Shown here piece by piece: positions 39,293 to 49,254 of a stretch of 64,000 nucleotides of DNA. Position 1 is the first letter of the stretch; the number at the start of each line of letters is the position of its first letter. The notes beneath the pieces are model-generated. The model had not been told where the DNA came from. It saw nothing but the letters and a program-made list of their open reading frames with translations, and searched no databases. The DNA lies in NCBI GenBank assembly GCA_040264055.1, contig JBDQJC010000009.1, forward strand, positions 2,315-66,314, read 5' to 3'. This DNA is from Planctomycetota bacterium. Its GTDB lineage: Bacteria; Planctomycetota; UBA1135. Position numbers and translations under genes: made by a program.

Positions 39293-41646
39293 AGACGAAA
39301 CACAAGATCTACATTCTCGTCCTGACCGGTCTCGGACTGTTCTTGGCCGGGCGATGGACTTCGCCGAGCGACGATGGCGACGCGGTTCCGCATGCGTCCG
39401 ACGGGCACCAGCACGTGGCCAGTGCCGATGGCAAGACGAGCCCCGAAGGCGAGATGGCGATAGAGGAAGAGGTTGCCGAGATCTGGACCTGCCCGATGCA
39501 TCCGCAAATCAAGTTGCCCGACCCGGGGGACTGCCCGATCTGCGGTATGGACTTGGTTCTGCTAGACGGCTCGGGCGACGCAGACCCTCGGCGCCTTGCA
39601 ATGTCGCCGGCTGCTCGTGAGCTCGCACAGATTCAAACCGTGCCGGTTATGCGGCGCGAGCTGACGGCCCCGGTTCGCATGGTGGGGAAGGTTGCGATCG
39701 ATGAAACGCGCATGCGCACCGTCTCGGCGTGGGTAGGCGGGCGCTTGGATCGCCTGTTTGTCGACTACACCGGGATTCGGGTCAAGCAGGGCGACCACCT
39801 GGTGCAGCTCTACAGCCCCGACTTGCTGACTGCGCAAGAGGAGCTGCTCGCAGCGCGCCAGCGCCTCGATCGGGACACCGCGAGTGCGAGCACCTTTCTG
39901 AGTGCGAGCAATCAACGGGCTTATCAAGCGACCCGCGAGAAACTTCTGCTTTGGGGTTTGACCGAGAATCAGCTTGATGCGCTCGAGCAAAGTGGCGAAG
40001 TGCAAGACACGGTCATGATTCCGGCGCCGAGCGCGGGGATCGTCATGGAACGCTTGGTCGAAGAAGGCAGTTACGTGGAAACCGGCACGCCGATCTATCG
40101 GCTCGCGGATTTGAGCAAGCTTTGGGTGCAGTTGGATGCCTTTGAACAGGACTTGGCCTGGCTGCGCTACGGACAAGAGGTAGCGCTGACCGTGGAAGCC
40201 CTGCCCGGCGATCCCTTCTCGGGTCGGATTTCCTTCATTGCACCGGTGATCGACCCGCATCGCCGCACCGCGAAGGTGCGCGTGACCGTCGACAATGCTG
40301 ACGGACGCTTGAAGCCCGGCATGTTCGCGCGGGCGGTCGTGCAAGCGCGCGTCGGCGTGCATGGCCTCGCTTTGGACCGCAGTCTGGCTGGTAAGTGGAT
40401 CAGCCCGATGCATCCGGAAATCGTCAAGGATGAAGCGGGCGTGTGTGATGTTTGCGGCATCGAATTGGTTCCGGCTGAGAGTCTCGGGCTGGTTGCCGAG
40501 CAAGGCGCTGATCCGCGACTGCCCTTGGTGGTTCCGGTCAGTGCGGTCTTGGTGACAGGCAAACGTGCGGTCGCGTATGTCGAGATTCCGGGCGCGGAGA
40601 GGCCAACCTTTGAAGGCCGCGAAGTCGTGCTCGGCCCACGCGCCGGTGACTACTACCTGGTGCGGGATGGACTCGCGGAGAATGAACGTGTCGTTTCGCG
40701 CGGAGCCTTCCGCATTGACAGCGCCATGCAGATTCAGGCCAAGCCGAGCATGATGTCGATGCCAGCCGAGCAGGCCAGCGTTTCCGAGACCGAGATCGCT
40801 CCGTACCGCGAGAGTTTGGCCGGGCTCTACCGCGCGTACTTAGAGGCGCAAGCAGCTCTCGCCCAGGATGATTTCACTGCTGCGCAAGCAGCTCTGTCGC
40901 GTGTGGCCACGAGCCTGAACGATGCCAGAACAGAAGGGCTCCGAGCAGGCTTGCGTCGCGAGGCTGAAGCGCAACAGACGCGCATTCAATCTGCGTTGGA
41001 GCATATCGCACATATGCAGAGCATTGCTGAGTTGCGCGTCGCCTTCGAGCAGCCTTCCCTTGCTGCGATCGCCTTGGCGCGTACTTTCGGTCAGCCGGGG
41101 CAAGCTGTGCTTTACGAAGCTTATTGCCCGATGGCATTCGACGACGCCGGTGCGAGTTGGTTGCAGCTCGGCGAGACCATCAACAACCCTTATTTCGGTT
41201 CGGAGATGCTGCGCTGCGGCGAGCTTCGCGGTGAATTTGCAGGACAAGGTTCCGCCCCCGTGTCGGAAGAGGTCCAGCTCGTCACGGACTACCTGCACAT
41301 GCAAGCCGCGCTCGCTGCGGACGACCTTTTCGCCGCGCGGGCTGCGCTTCCGGCCCTCGCCGACGGCATGCGCGCAATCGGCACGGACAGCTTCGCCGAC
41401 GCGCCCAGCTCCGTAGACCTGGAATGGCTACGCGTGCGCTTTGACTTGGCATCGACGCGCTTGATCGCGTGGATCGCGGAGTCGGGCAACCCGCTCGGGA
41501 TCCCCCTGTATCTCGCGCATTGCCCGATGGCCTTCGACGACATTGGCGCGGATTGGCTGCAGACAGATACGACCATCGCGAACCCGTACTTCGGCGCAGA
41601 AATGTTGCGCTGTGGTTCGATCACGAAAACCGAGCAGCCTCGTTAA
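39289..41646 (+). CDS. cusB: CusB-type RND periplasmic adaptor with heavy-metal-binding motifs and two C-terminal DUF3347-like repeats
   Basis: WTCPMHP..CPICGMDL, YSPDL, LKPGMF, SPMHP..CDVCG, two CPMAF..W..NPYFG.EMLRCG repeats. Confidence 0.88.
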   Translation: MKTKHKIYILVLTGLGLFLAGRWTSPSDDGDAVPHASDGHQHVASADGKTSPEGEMAIEEEVAEIWTCPMHPQIKLPDPGDCPICGMDLVLLDGSGDADPRRLAMSPAARELAQIQTVPVMRRELTAPVRMVGKVAIDETRMRTVSAWVGGRLDRLFVDYTGIRVKQGDHLVQLYSPDLLTAQEELLAARQRLDRDTASASTFLSASNQRAYQATREKLLLWGLTENQLDALEQSGEVQDTVMIPAPSAGIVMERLVEEGSYVETGTPIYRLADLSKLWVQLDAFEQDLAWLRYGQEVALTVEALPGDPFSGRISFIAPVIDPHRRTAKVRVTVDNADGRLKPGMFARAVVQARVGVHGLALDRSLAGKWISPMHPEIVKDEAGVCDVCGIELVPAESLGLVAEQGADPRLPLVVPVSAVLVTGKRAVAYVEIPGAERPTFEGREVVLGPRAGDYYLVRDGLAENERVVSRGAFRIDSAMQIQAKPSMMSMPAEQASVSETEIAPYRESLAGLYRAYLEAQAALAQDDFTAAQAALSRVATSLNDARTEGLRAGLRREAEAQQTRIQSALEHIAHMQSIAELRVAFEQPSLAAIALARTFGQPGQAVLYEAYCPMAFDDAGASWLQLGETINNPYFGSEMLRCGELRGEFAGQGSAPVSEEVQLVTDYLHMQAALAADDLFAARAALPALADGMRAIGTDSFADAPSSVDLEWLRVRFDLASTRLIAWIAESGNPLGIPLYLAHCPMAFDDIGADWLQTDTTIANPYFGAEMLRCGSITKTEQPR

Positions 41647-41655
41647 GCCAGCGCT

Positions 41656-44600
41656 ATGAACGATCCCTACGATCCGCTGCGCGCAACGCTGCTTGACCGA
41701 GTGATTCGCTACTTCCTGGAGAACAAACTCCTGGTTGGCTTGCTGGTGGTTTTCACTCTGGGGTGGGGGGTGCTGGTTGCGCCCTTTGATTGGAAGGTGC
41801 CGGGATTCCCGCGTGACCCCGTACCGGTCGATGCGATCCCCGATACCGGCGAAAACCAACAGATTATTTTCACGGCGTGGCCGGGGCGCTCGCCGCAAGA
41901 TGTCGAAGATCAGATCTCGTACCCGCTGACGGTCTCGTTGCTCGGCGTTCCCGGGGTCAAGAGCATTCGCAGCAACTCGATGTTTGGGTTCTCATCGATC
42001 TTTGTGATCTTCGAGGAGGACATCGAGTTCTATTGGTCGCGTAGCCGATTGCTTGAAAAGCTGAACTCGCTTCCAGCCGGCACCCTACCGAGTGAAGTGC
42101 AGCCGGCTTTAGGTCCAGATGCGACCCCGCTAGGGCAGGTTTATTGGTACACGCTCGAAGGGCGAGACGAGCAAGGCAATGCCGCTGGTGGCTGGGGACT
42201 TGAGGAGCTGCGCACCACCCAGGATTGGCTCGTGCGCTATGCGCTTTCGAGCGTGGAAGGCGTCGCCGAAGTCGCTTCGATTGGCGGTTATGTACAGGAG
42301 TATCAAATCGACGTTGACCCGGATGCGATGCTTGCGCATGGGGTTTCCCTGACCGATGTCTTTCGCGCGGTCGCGAACTCGAATGTCGATGTTGGCGCGC
42401 GCACCATCGAGATCAATCGTGCGGAATACGTCGTTCGCGGGCTCGGTTTCCTGGAATCGATTGAGGACATCGAAGCCACCGTGGTGCGCACCGTCGAAGA
42501 AGTGCCGATCACGATTGCTCAGATCGGGACAGTCGTGCGCGGCCCGGCCTTGCGGCGTGGCGCGCTTGATAAGGGTGGCACCGAAGCCGTCGGCGGGGTG
42601 GTGGTCGCCCGCTACGGTGCGAATCCGCTTGAGGTGATTCAAAAGGTCAAAGCCAAGATCGCGGAGATCGCGCCCGGCTTGCCGAGCATCAAGTTGGATG
42701 ATGGGCGCGTCTCACAAGTCACGATCGTGCCGTTCTACGATCGCTCGGGTTTGATTCAAGAGACTCTCGCGACCTTGAACGACGCGCTGCGGGATGAGAT
42801 TCTCGCGACGATTGTCGTGATCTTGCTCTTGGTCGGGCATTTCCGCAGCGCGATTCTGGTTTCAAGCCTGCTGCCCCTGGCGGTGTTGATGTGCTTTATT
42901 GCGATGAAGCAGTTTGGCGTCGACGCCAATGTCGTCGCGCTCTCGGGAATCGCGATCGCCATCGGCACGATGGTCGATGTCGGCATTGTGTTGACCGAGA
43001 ATATTCTGAAGAGATCCGAAGGAGCGACGAGCGCTCGGGAACGATTCGAGGCAGTCTTCCAAGGAGCTTCGGAAGTCGGCTCGGCAGTCCTGACTGCTGT
43101 GTTGACCACGGTGGTCAGTTTCCTGCCGGTGTTCACGATGGAGGGCGCAGAAGGCAAGCTGTTCCGGCCATTGGCCTTCACCAAGACCTTTGCGCTGATC
43201 GCTTCGGTGATAGTGGCGCTGGTCATCATTCCTCCCACCGCGCATCTGTTGCTGGGAATGAAGAAGAAGCGCAAGGCTCGTGCCGAGGGTCGCAAGGAGC
43301 AGGCTCGCGCCTCTTCTTGGTACCTCGCCGCCGGCATCATCCTGTCCGTGACGCTGCGCTGGTGGGTCGGTTTGCCGTTACTCCTTCTCGCGGCCTGGCG
43401 AATGTTCGGGCATGTCTTCAGCCCGCGTGTTCGCGCGACAGCGATGCGTAGCGCGCACATTCTGGCGGCGATCTGGATCGCTTGGTTCCTGTCGAGAACC
43501 TGGGAGCCACTCGGGCCGAATGCGGAGGTTCGCAACTTCGTCTTTACGGTTGGCTTGATGGGGGGCTTGCTGCTGTTCTTCCAGATCATCATTTGGCAGT
43601 ACGCGCCGATGTTGCGCTGGTGCCTGCGTCACAAGTTGCTCTTCCTCAGCCTGCCGGGCTTGCTGGTGATCGGCGGGTTGGTAGTTTGGCTCGGGTTCAG
43701 CAAGGTCTTTGGCAATTGGGTACCGGAGGGCCTGCGCAAGAGCGATCGCTATGTCGCGATGGCGCACGCTTTTCCCGGACTCGGAAAGGAATTCATGCCG
43801 CCGCTGGATGAAGGCTCGTTCTTGCTTATGCCGGTCACGATGGCGCATGCTTCGATCGGCGAAGCCTTCGAACTTCTGCAACAGCAGGACATGCTGATTC
43901 GGTCGATTCCGGAAGTGGAAAGCGTGGTCGGCAAGATTGGTCGAGCAGAAAGCGCGCTCGACCCCGCGCCGGTGTCGATGGTCGAGACCATCATCAGCTA
44001 CAAACCGGAGTACATCGTCGATGCGCGGGGGCACCGCTTGCGCTTCGCCTATGACGAGGAAGCCGAGGAGTATGAGCTTGATGAACGACACGAGCTGATC
44101 CCCGATCCCGAGGGACGCCCATTCCGCAATTGGCGTGAGCAGATTCGATCCACGATGGACATCTGGGACGAGATCGCGTCCGCGGCGACCATTCCAGGCA
44201 TGACCACCGCCTCGATGCTGCAACCCATCGAAACGCGTCGCATCATGCTGCAGACAGGCATGCGGGCGACCATGGGGGTCAAGGTCTATGGCCCAGACCT
44301 CGAAACGATTGAACAGGTTGCTCTGGATCTGGAACAACTGTTGCGCGATGTTCCCTCGGTTCGTCCCGAAACAGTGTTGGCTGACCGTGTGATTGGCAAA
44401 CCCTACTTGGAGATCGATCTCGATCGCCCGGCGCTTGCTCGCTATGGCTTGTCGGTGCGGGCGGTGCAAGATGTGATCGAAGTCGCGATCGGTGGAAAGC
44501 GCTTGACCACGACCGTCGAGGGTCGAGAGCGCTACCCCGTGCGTGTGCGTTATCCGCGCGAGCGGCGTGATCAGATCGAGGACCTCGGTCGCATTCTGGT

Positions 44601-45492
44601 TCCGGCGGGGCACGATCGCATGATCCCGCTCGGGCAGCTCGCCGAGATTCGCTACACACCGGGGCCGCAAGTGATCAAGAGTGAAGACACATTCTTGACC
44701 GCATTCGTCCTGTTCGACAAGCAGCCAGGCGTTGCCGAAGTGGACGTCGTCGAAGATGCGCAGGCCTACTTGGCCAGTCTGATCGACTCAGGCGAATACA
44801 GCTTGCCGGCTGGAGTGTCTTACCGCTTCGCGGGGAACTACGAGAACCAACAGCGTGCCGCTCAGAAACTGCGTCTGGTGCTTCCGCTGGCGCTGTTCGT
44901 CATCTTCCTGATTCTCTATTTACAGTTCCGTTCGACGCTGACTGCGGGCATCGTGTTTTCCGCGGTGTTTGTGGCCTGGTCCGGCGGTTTCCTGATGCTC
45001 TGGTTCTACGGTCAGGATTGGTTCCTGAACTTCTCGGTGTTCGGTACCGAGATGCGCGAGCTCTTCCAGGTGCACTCCTTGAATCTGAGCGTCGCGGTCT
45101 GGGTCGGCTTCCTCGCCTTGTTCGGGATCGCAACCGATGACGGTGTGGTGATGGCCACCTACTTACGACAGTCCTTTGAGAAGCAGAAGCCGAAGTCGCG
45201 CGGCGAGGTGCGCGAAGCGGTTGTAACTGCGGGCCTGCGAAGGGTGCGTCCCTGCATGATGACCACCGCGACGACGACTCTGGCTCTGATCCCGGTGCTG
45301 ACTTCGAATGGCCGTGGCGCGGATGTCATGGTGCCGATGGCCATTCCTTCGATCGGCGGAATGATGGTGGCAATCGTCACGATCTTCGTCGTTCCAACTC
45401 TTTACTGCCTCGTGCACGAGCTGCGGCTTCCGCGCGAGTCCCGACCTCAGCCTTCGGCTCAGGTAGCTACGACGAACAAATCAAAATCATGA
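41656..45492 (+). CDS. cusA: CusA/CzcA heavy-metal RND efflux permease (long form)
   Basis: DAIPD, GPDATPLG, GIAIAIGTMVD, GKEFMPPLDEG, RVRPCMMT. Confidence 0.93.
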   Translation: MNDPYDPLRATLLDRVIRYFLENKLLVGLLVVFTLGWGVLVAPFDWKVPGFPRDPVPVDAIPDTGENQQIIFTAWPGRSPQDVEDQISYPLTVSLLGVPGVKSIRSNSMFGFSSIFVIFEEDIEFYWSRSRLLEKLNSLPAGTLPSEVQPALGPDATPLGQVYWYTLEGRDEQGNAAGGWGLEELRTTQDWLVRYALSSVEGVAEVASIGGYVQEYQIDVDPDAMLAHGVSLTDVFRAVANSNVDVGARTIEINRAEYVVRGLGFLESIEDIEATVVRTVEEVPITIAQIGTVVRGPALRRGALDKGGTEAVGGVVVARYGANPLEVIQKVKAKIAEIAPGLPSIKLDDGRVSQVTIVPFYDRSGLIQETLATLNDALRDEILATIVVILLLVGHFRSAILVSSLLPLAVLMCFIAMKQFGVDANVVALSGIAIAIGTMVDVGIVLTENILKRSEGATSARERFEAVFQGASEVGSAVLTAVLTTVVSFLPVFTMEGAEGKLFRPLAFTKTFALIASVIVALVIIPPTAHLLLGMKKKRKARAEGRKEQARASSWYLAAGIILSVTLRWWVGLPLLLLAAWRMFGHVFSPRVRATAMRSAHILAAIWIAWFLSRTWEPLGPNAEVRNFVFTVGLMGGLLLFFQIIIWQYAPMLRWCLRHKLLFLSLPGLLVIGGLVVWLGFSKVFGNWVPEGLRKSDRYVAMAHAFPGLGKEFMPPLDEGSFLLMPVTMAHASIGEAFELLQQQDMLIRSIPEVESVVGKIGRAESALDPAPVSMVETIISYKPEYIVDARGHRLRFAYDEEAEEYELDERHELIPDPEGRPFRNWREQIRSTMDIWDEIASAATIPGMTTASMLQPIETRRIMLQTGMRATMGVKVYGPDLETIEQVALDLEQLLRDVPSVRPETVLADRVIGKPYLEIDLDRPALARYGLSVRAVQDVIEVAIGGKRLTTTVEGRERYPVRVRYPRERRDQIEDLGRILVPAGHDRMIPLGQLAEIRYTPGPQVIKSEDTFLTAFVLFDKQPGVAEVDVVEDAQAYLASLIDSGEYSLPAGVSYRFAGNYENQQRAAQKLRLVLPLALFVIFLILYLQFRSTLTAGIVFSAVFVAWSGGFLMLWFYGQDWFLNFSVFGTEMRELFQVHSLNLSVAVWVGFLALFGIATDDGVVMATYLRQSFEKQKPKSRGEVREAVVTAGLRRVRPCMMTTATTTLALIPVLTSNGRGADVMVPMAIPSIGGMMVAIVTIFVVPTLYCLVHELRLPRESRPQPSAQVATTNKSKS

Positions 45493-46403
45493 ACTCCATT
45501 CTCACTCTCTTCGCTCTCCTGCTGGGAGCGACAGCGCCGTCCTCGGATGGCGAACCCATCAACAAGAACTGCCCGGTCGGCAAACAAGCCATCGACCAAG
45601 AAACCTTCGTTGAGTACGGCGGTCATACGATCGGCTTCTGCTGCGGCGGTTGCGACACCAAGTTTCTTGCCTGGGATGCAGTCAAGAAAGACGCCTTTGT
45701 GCAGGCCTCGCTAGCGGCGCAGAAGCAGGAACCCAAGGGTCACGACCATGCCAAAGTTGCAAAAGACGTGAAGCCAAAACCATTCGCTGGCGACCCCTAC
45801 CTGCTGCATGCCTGCCCCGTCTCGGGCAAGAAGCTCGGCTCGATGGGCGCCCCGATCGTTCTGGAAGTCGAAGGACGCGAAGTGCGCCTCTGCTGCAAGG
45901 GTTGCATCAAAAAGGTCAAAGCTGAGCCAGCGAAGTACGCAAAAGCAGTGGATGACCAGATCATTGCGGCTCAGAAGCCTCTCTACCCGAGCACGGTTTG
46001 CATCGTTTCGGGCGAGTCCTTGCTGGAAGATGGCAAGGATGTCGGTACGGATACCGTTGTCAAGAATCGCTTGTTCCGCACCTGCTGCAAGAAGTGTGCA
46101 GCCAAGGTCAAGGCCGACCCAGCAAAGTACTTCGCCAAGCTAGATAAAGCCGTGGTCAAGGCTCAGTTGGCTCATTACCCGCTGAAGACCTGCATCGTGC
46201 GCGAGAAAAGTGCGCTCGGCTCGATGGGCGAGCCCGTCAATTTGGTCGTGGGCATGCAGATGGTGCGCTTCTGCTGCGATAGCTGCATCCCGAAGTTCGA
46301 GAAGGACCCAGCGAAGTTCCTCGCGCGACTCAAGCCGGCGAAGAAGGTCGAGGCTGCACACAGTCACGATGCCGATGGGCATGAGCACAAGCCAGGTGAG
46401 TAA
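45489..46403 (+). CDS. Exported protein with four YHS/TRASH-like Cys repeats and His-rich tail
   Basis: Signal peptide; four C-[PI]-V ... CCxxC units; tail [10 protein letters not shown]. Confidence 0.8.
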   Translation: MNSILTLFALLLGATAPSSDGEPINKNCPVGKQAIDQETFVEYGGHTIGFCCGGCDTKFLAWDAVKKDAFVQASLAAQKQEPKGHDHAKVAKDVKPKPFAGDPYLLHACPVSGKKLGSMGAPIVLEVEGREVRLCCKGCIKKVKAEPAKYAKAVDDQIIAAQKPLYPSTVCIVSGESLLEDGKDVGTDTVVKNRLFRTCCKKCAAKVKADPAKYFAKLDKAVVKAQLAHYPLKTCIVREKSALGSMGEPVNLVVGMQMVRFCCDSCIPKFEKDPAKFLARLKPAKKVEAAHSHDADGHEHKPGE

Positions 46404-46404
46404 G

Positions 46405-48732
46405 ATGTTGAAAGATCCCGTCTGCGGCATGTCCGTAGAGGAGTCGAAGGCTGCCGCCGTGCGCAAGCACGGCGAGCAGCGCTTCGGATTCTGTTCTACG
46501 CACTGCGTCGATCAGTTCGACGCGAATCCCGAGCAGTATCTCGAGGCACAGGCAGCCAGTTGCTGCCATGGATCAGACGACGCACCGCAGGTCAAATATG
46601 AAGCGGGCGATCAACGCATCTTCACCTGCCCGATGCATCCGGAAGTGCGGCAAGCGAGCCCCGGCAGCTGCCCGATCTGCGGTATGGCGCTGGAACCCGA
46701 GGCGCCGTCCCTCGAAGAAGATACGACCGAACTGCGTGCAATGTCCAAGCGCTTCCGCGTGGCCGCGCTCTTGAGCTTGCCGATTCTGGTGATCGCGATG
46801 GGGGACATGATTCTTCCCGGCGAACCCGTTCATTCCATACTTGGGCAACTCTGGTCGAACTGGATCGAGTTGCTGCTCGCGACCGGAGTGATTTTCTATG
46901 CGGGCTGGCCCTTGCTCACGCGTGGCGTGGCTTCGGTTAAGCAGCGCAGCCCGAACATGTTCACCTTGATTGCGCTGGGCGTAGGCGTCGCCTACTTCGT
47001 CAGCGTCGTTGCGGTCTTGGCTCCCGGTTGGTTCCCTGAAACGGTTCGCAACGAGCATGGTGGAGTGCCGCTCTATTTTGAAGCCGCGGCGGTGATTGTC
47101 GCGCTCGCTCTGTTGGGTCAGGTGCTTGAGGCACGCGCGCGCAGCCAGGCTGGTGGTGCAATTCGCGCTTTGCTCGAACTTGCCCCGGCAACTGCCCTGC
47201 GCGTGGAGGGTGAACGCGAAATCGAAGTCCCACTTGCAGACGTGATGACCGGCGATGTGCTGCGCGTTCGACCCGGTGAAAAGATCCCACTCGATGGAGT
47301 GGTGTTGGAAGGCAGTAGCTCAGTCGATGAGTCGATGCTGACCGGCGAGCCCATCCCGGTTGCGAAGACGGAAGGCGATGAGTTGGTGGGGGGCACCGTG
47401 AACGGAACCGGTAGCTTGCTCTTGAAGGCGACGAGCGTGGGCGATGAGACTTTGCTCGCGCGCATCATTGGCATGGTCGCGCAGGCGCAACGCAGTCGAG
47501 CGCCGGTGCAAGCATTGGTCGATCGCGTGTCCGCGTGGTTCGTTCCGATCGTGCTCCTGATTGCGGTACTCGCTTTTGGCGTGTGGATGCTGGTCGGTCC
47601 AGAGCCAAGAATGAGCTTTGCCATTCTTGCGGCGGTCTCGGTATTGATCATTGCTTGCCCATGTGCGCTCGGTCTGGCGACTCCAATGTCAATCATGGTC
47701 GGTACTGGCCGTGGGGCGGGGGCGGGGGTGCTGTTTCGGAATGCCGAGGCCATGCAATCCTTGCGCCTGGTCGACACGCTCGTGCTCGATAAGACCGGCA
47801 CCTTGACTGAAGGTGCTTCGAGCTTGACCCAGATTCACGCTGCGCCCGGATTTACACGGGATCAAGTGTTGCGTCTCGCAGCCGGCCTCGAGAAGGGCAG
47901 CGAACATCCGCTTGCCGCCGCAATCCTGCGCGCCGCGCAGCGCGACGAACTCGAGCTACCCAAGATCGAGGGTTTCGATTCGGTGACCGGGAAAGGCGTG
48001 ATCGGGCGTTGCAGCGAGGGTGAACTCGCGCTGGGCAACTTGGGGTTACTCATGGCTCAGGGGGTGGCGACCCCGCAGCTTCCAGACGAAGTCGAAGCTT
48101 GGCGCGATGAGGGCGCGACCTTGATTTTCCTTGCGGTGGGTGGTCAGTTCGCCGGCGCGCTCGGCGTCGCCGACCCGATCAAGGCCAGCACAGCCGAAGC
48201 GCTTGCCGACCTGCATCGCTTTGGCCTGCGCTTGGTCATGTTGACCGGCGACAACGAGCGCACCGCGCGGGCGGTTGCGGCCAAACTGAAGATCGACGAG
48301 GTTATCGCCGATGCCCTCCCCGAGGACAAGGTCGCGGTAGTTGAACGGCTGCAATCCGAAGGGCGGCTGGTCGCGATGGCCGGAGACGGGATCAACGATT
48401 CGCCGGCCCTCGCGCGCGCCGACGTCGGCATCGCGATGGGCAGCGGCACCGATGTCGCGATGGAAACAGCGGATGTCACGCTGTTGGGCGGCGATCTGCG
48501 CGGCATCGCACGGGCCCGGAAGCTCAGCGTCGCGACCATGCAGAACATTCGTGCCAATCTGTTCTTCGCCTTCGCCTACAACGCGGCTGGAGTACCGATC
48601 GCAGCGGGAGTGCTCTACCCGTGGACGGGTGCGCTGCTCAGCCCGATGATCGCAGCCGCGGCGATGAGCTTGAGCTCCGTCTCGGTCATCCTGAACGCAC
48701 TGCGCCTGCGCCGTGTTTCTCTCGAGGCTTGA
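46405..48732 (+). CDS. copA: Cu(I)-translocating P1B-type ATPase
   Basis: N-terminal YHS (KDPVCGM..FCS..C) and CPMHP domains, TGE, CPC, DKTGT, HP, GDGIND, YN and MSLSS TM motifs; alternative GTG start at 46396. Confidence 0.93.
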   Translation: MLKDPVCGMSVEESKAAAVRKHGEQRFGFCSTHCVDQFDANPEQYLEAQAASCCHGSDDAPQVKYEAGDQRIFTCPMHPEVRQASPGSCPICGMALEPEAPSLEEDTTELRAMSKRFRVAALLSLPILVIAMGDMILPGEPVHSILGQLWSNWIELLLATGVIFYAGWPLLTRGVASVKQRSPNMFTLIALGVGVAYFVSVVAVLAPGWFPETVRNEHGGVPLYFEAAAVIVALALLGQVLEARARSQAGGAIRALLELAPATALRVEGEREIEVPLADVMTGDVLRVRPGEKIPLDGVVLEGSSSVDESMLTGEPIPVAKTEGDELVGGTVNGTGSLLLKATSVGDETLLARIIGMVAQAQRSRAPVQALVDRVSAWFVPIVLLIAVLAFGVWMLVGPEPRMSFAILAAVSVLIIACPCALGLATPMSIMVGTGRGAGAGVLFRNAEAMQSLRLVDTLVLDKTGTLTEGASSLTQIHAAPGFTRDQVLRLAAGLEKGSEHPLAAAILRAAQRDELELPKIEGFDSVTGKGVIGRCSEGELALGNLGLLMAQGVATPQLPDEVEAWRDEGATLIFLAVGGQFAGALGVADPIKASTAEALADLHRFGLRLVMLTGDNERTARAVAAKLKIDEVIADALPEDKVAVVERLQSEGRLVAMAGDGINDSPALARADVGIAMGSGTDVAMETADVTLLGGDLRGIARARKLSVATMQNIRANLFFAFAYNAAGVPIAAGVLYPWTGALLSPMIAAAAMSLSSVSVILNALRLRRVSLEA

Positions 48733-48750
48733 GCTTCCTACGATAGAGCC

Positions 48751-49254
48751 GTGCATCGCATCATCTTCGCCCTCGTCTTTGTCCTCATGATGGTCACGGC
48801 GGGCTGGTATGCCTTTCAATTCAAGCAGGACGACCCGGCAGGCCGGGCCATGCTCGAAAGTTGGGCGGCGGGAGTCAGCGCGGCGACCAGCAGTGAGGTC
48901 GCCGGTTACAGCTGCGAGTTGAGTGCTGTGGTCGAAGGTGGCCAAGACTGGGTCCTGACCCTGAGCGTGGAAACCCGGTCTTCGGTATTCCCGATCCCCG
49001 AAAAGGAGCCGATGCGCTTCTTAGTCGAGGTGAATGATCACTCGAGCTCTGTCGGTGCAGGGCCGGACGGCGACTTTGTGATCCGAGTGCCGCTGCATGC
49101 CTTTCGGCTGAATCAGCGCGCCAACGATGTGACGATGTTGGTCGTCTCGCAGGACGGCACCGACTTTGGCGGCTGGGCCTTCGGCAACATCACCTTTGAA
49201 GAAGGTGGCGTGGGCCTCGCCGAACCGAGTTGGTTCGACGAGCTTCTCGATTAG
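48751..49254 (+). CDS. Hypothetical protein with N-terminal TM anchor
   Basis: 167 aa ORF, GTG start, hydrophobic N-terminus. Confidence 0.55.
   Translation: MHRIIFALVFVLMMVTAGWYAFQFKQDDPAGRAMLESWAAGVSAATSSEVAGYSCELSAVVEGGQDWVLTLSVETRSSVFPIPEKEPMRFLVEVNDHSSSVGAGPDGDFVIRVPLHAFRLNQRANDVTMLVVSQDGTDFGGWAFGNITFEEGGVGLAEPSWFDELLD

Noticed and set aside
43378-44670. 430-aa minus-strand ORF, and similar long antisense ORFs (11397..12491, 14127..15170, 5799..6737, 39562..40503)
   Set aside because: Fully overlap well-supported genes on the opposite strand; expected in GC-rich DNA
46210-46404. N-terminal extension of copA in the ORF track (likewise long starts at 21369, 28708, 31278, 39220, 50867)
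   Set aside because: Extensions overlap neighbouring genes or precede the evident signal peptide or first domain; downstream starts chosen
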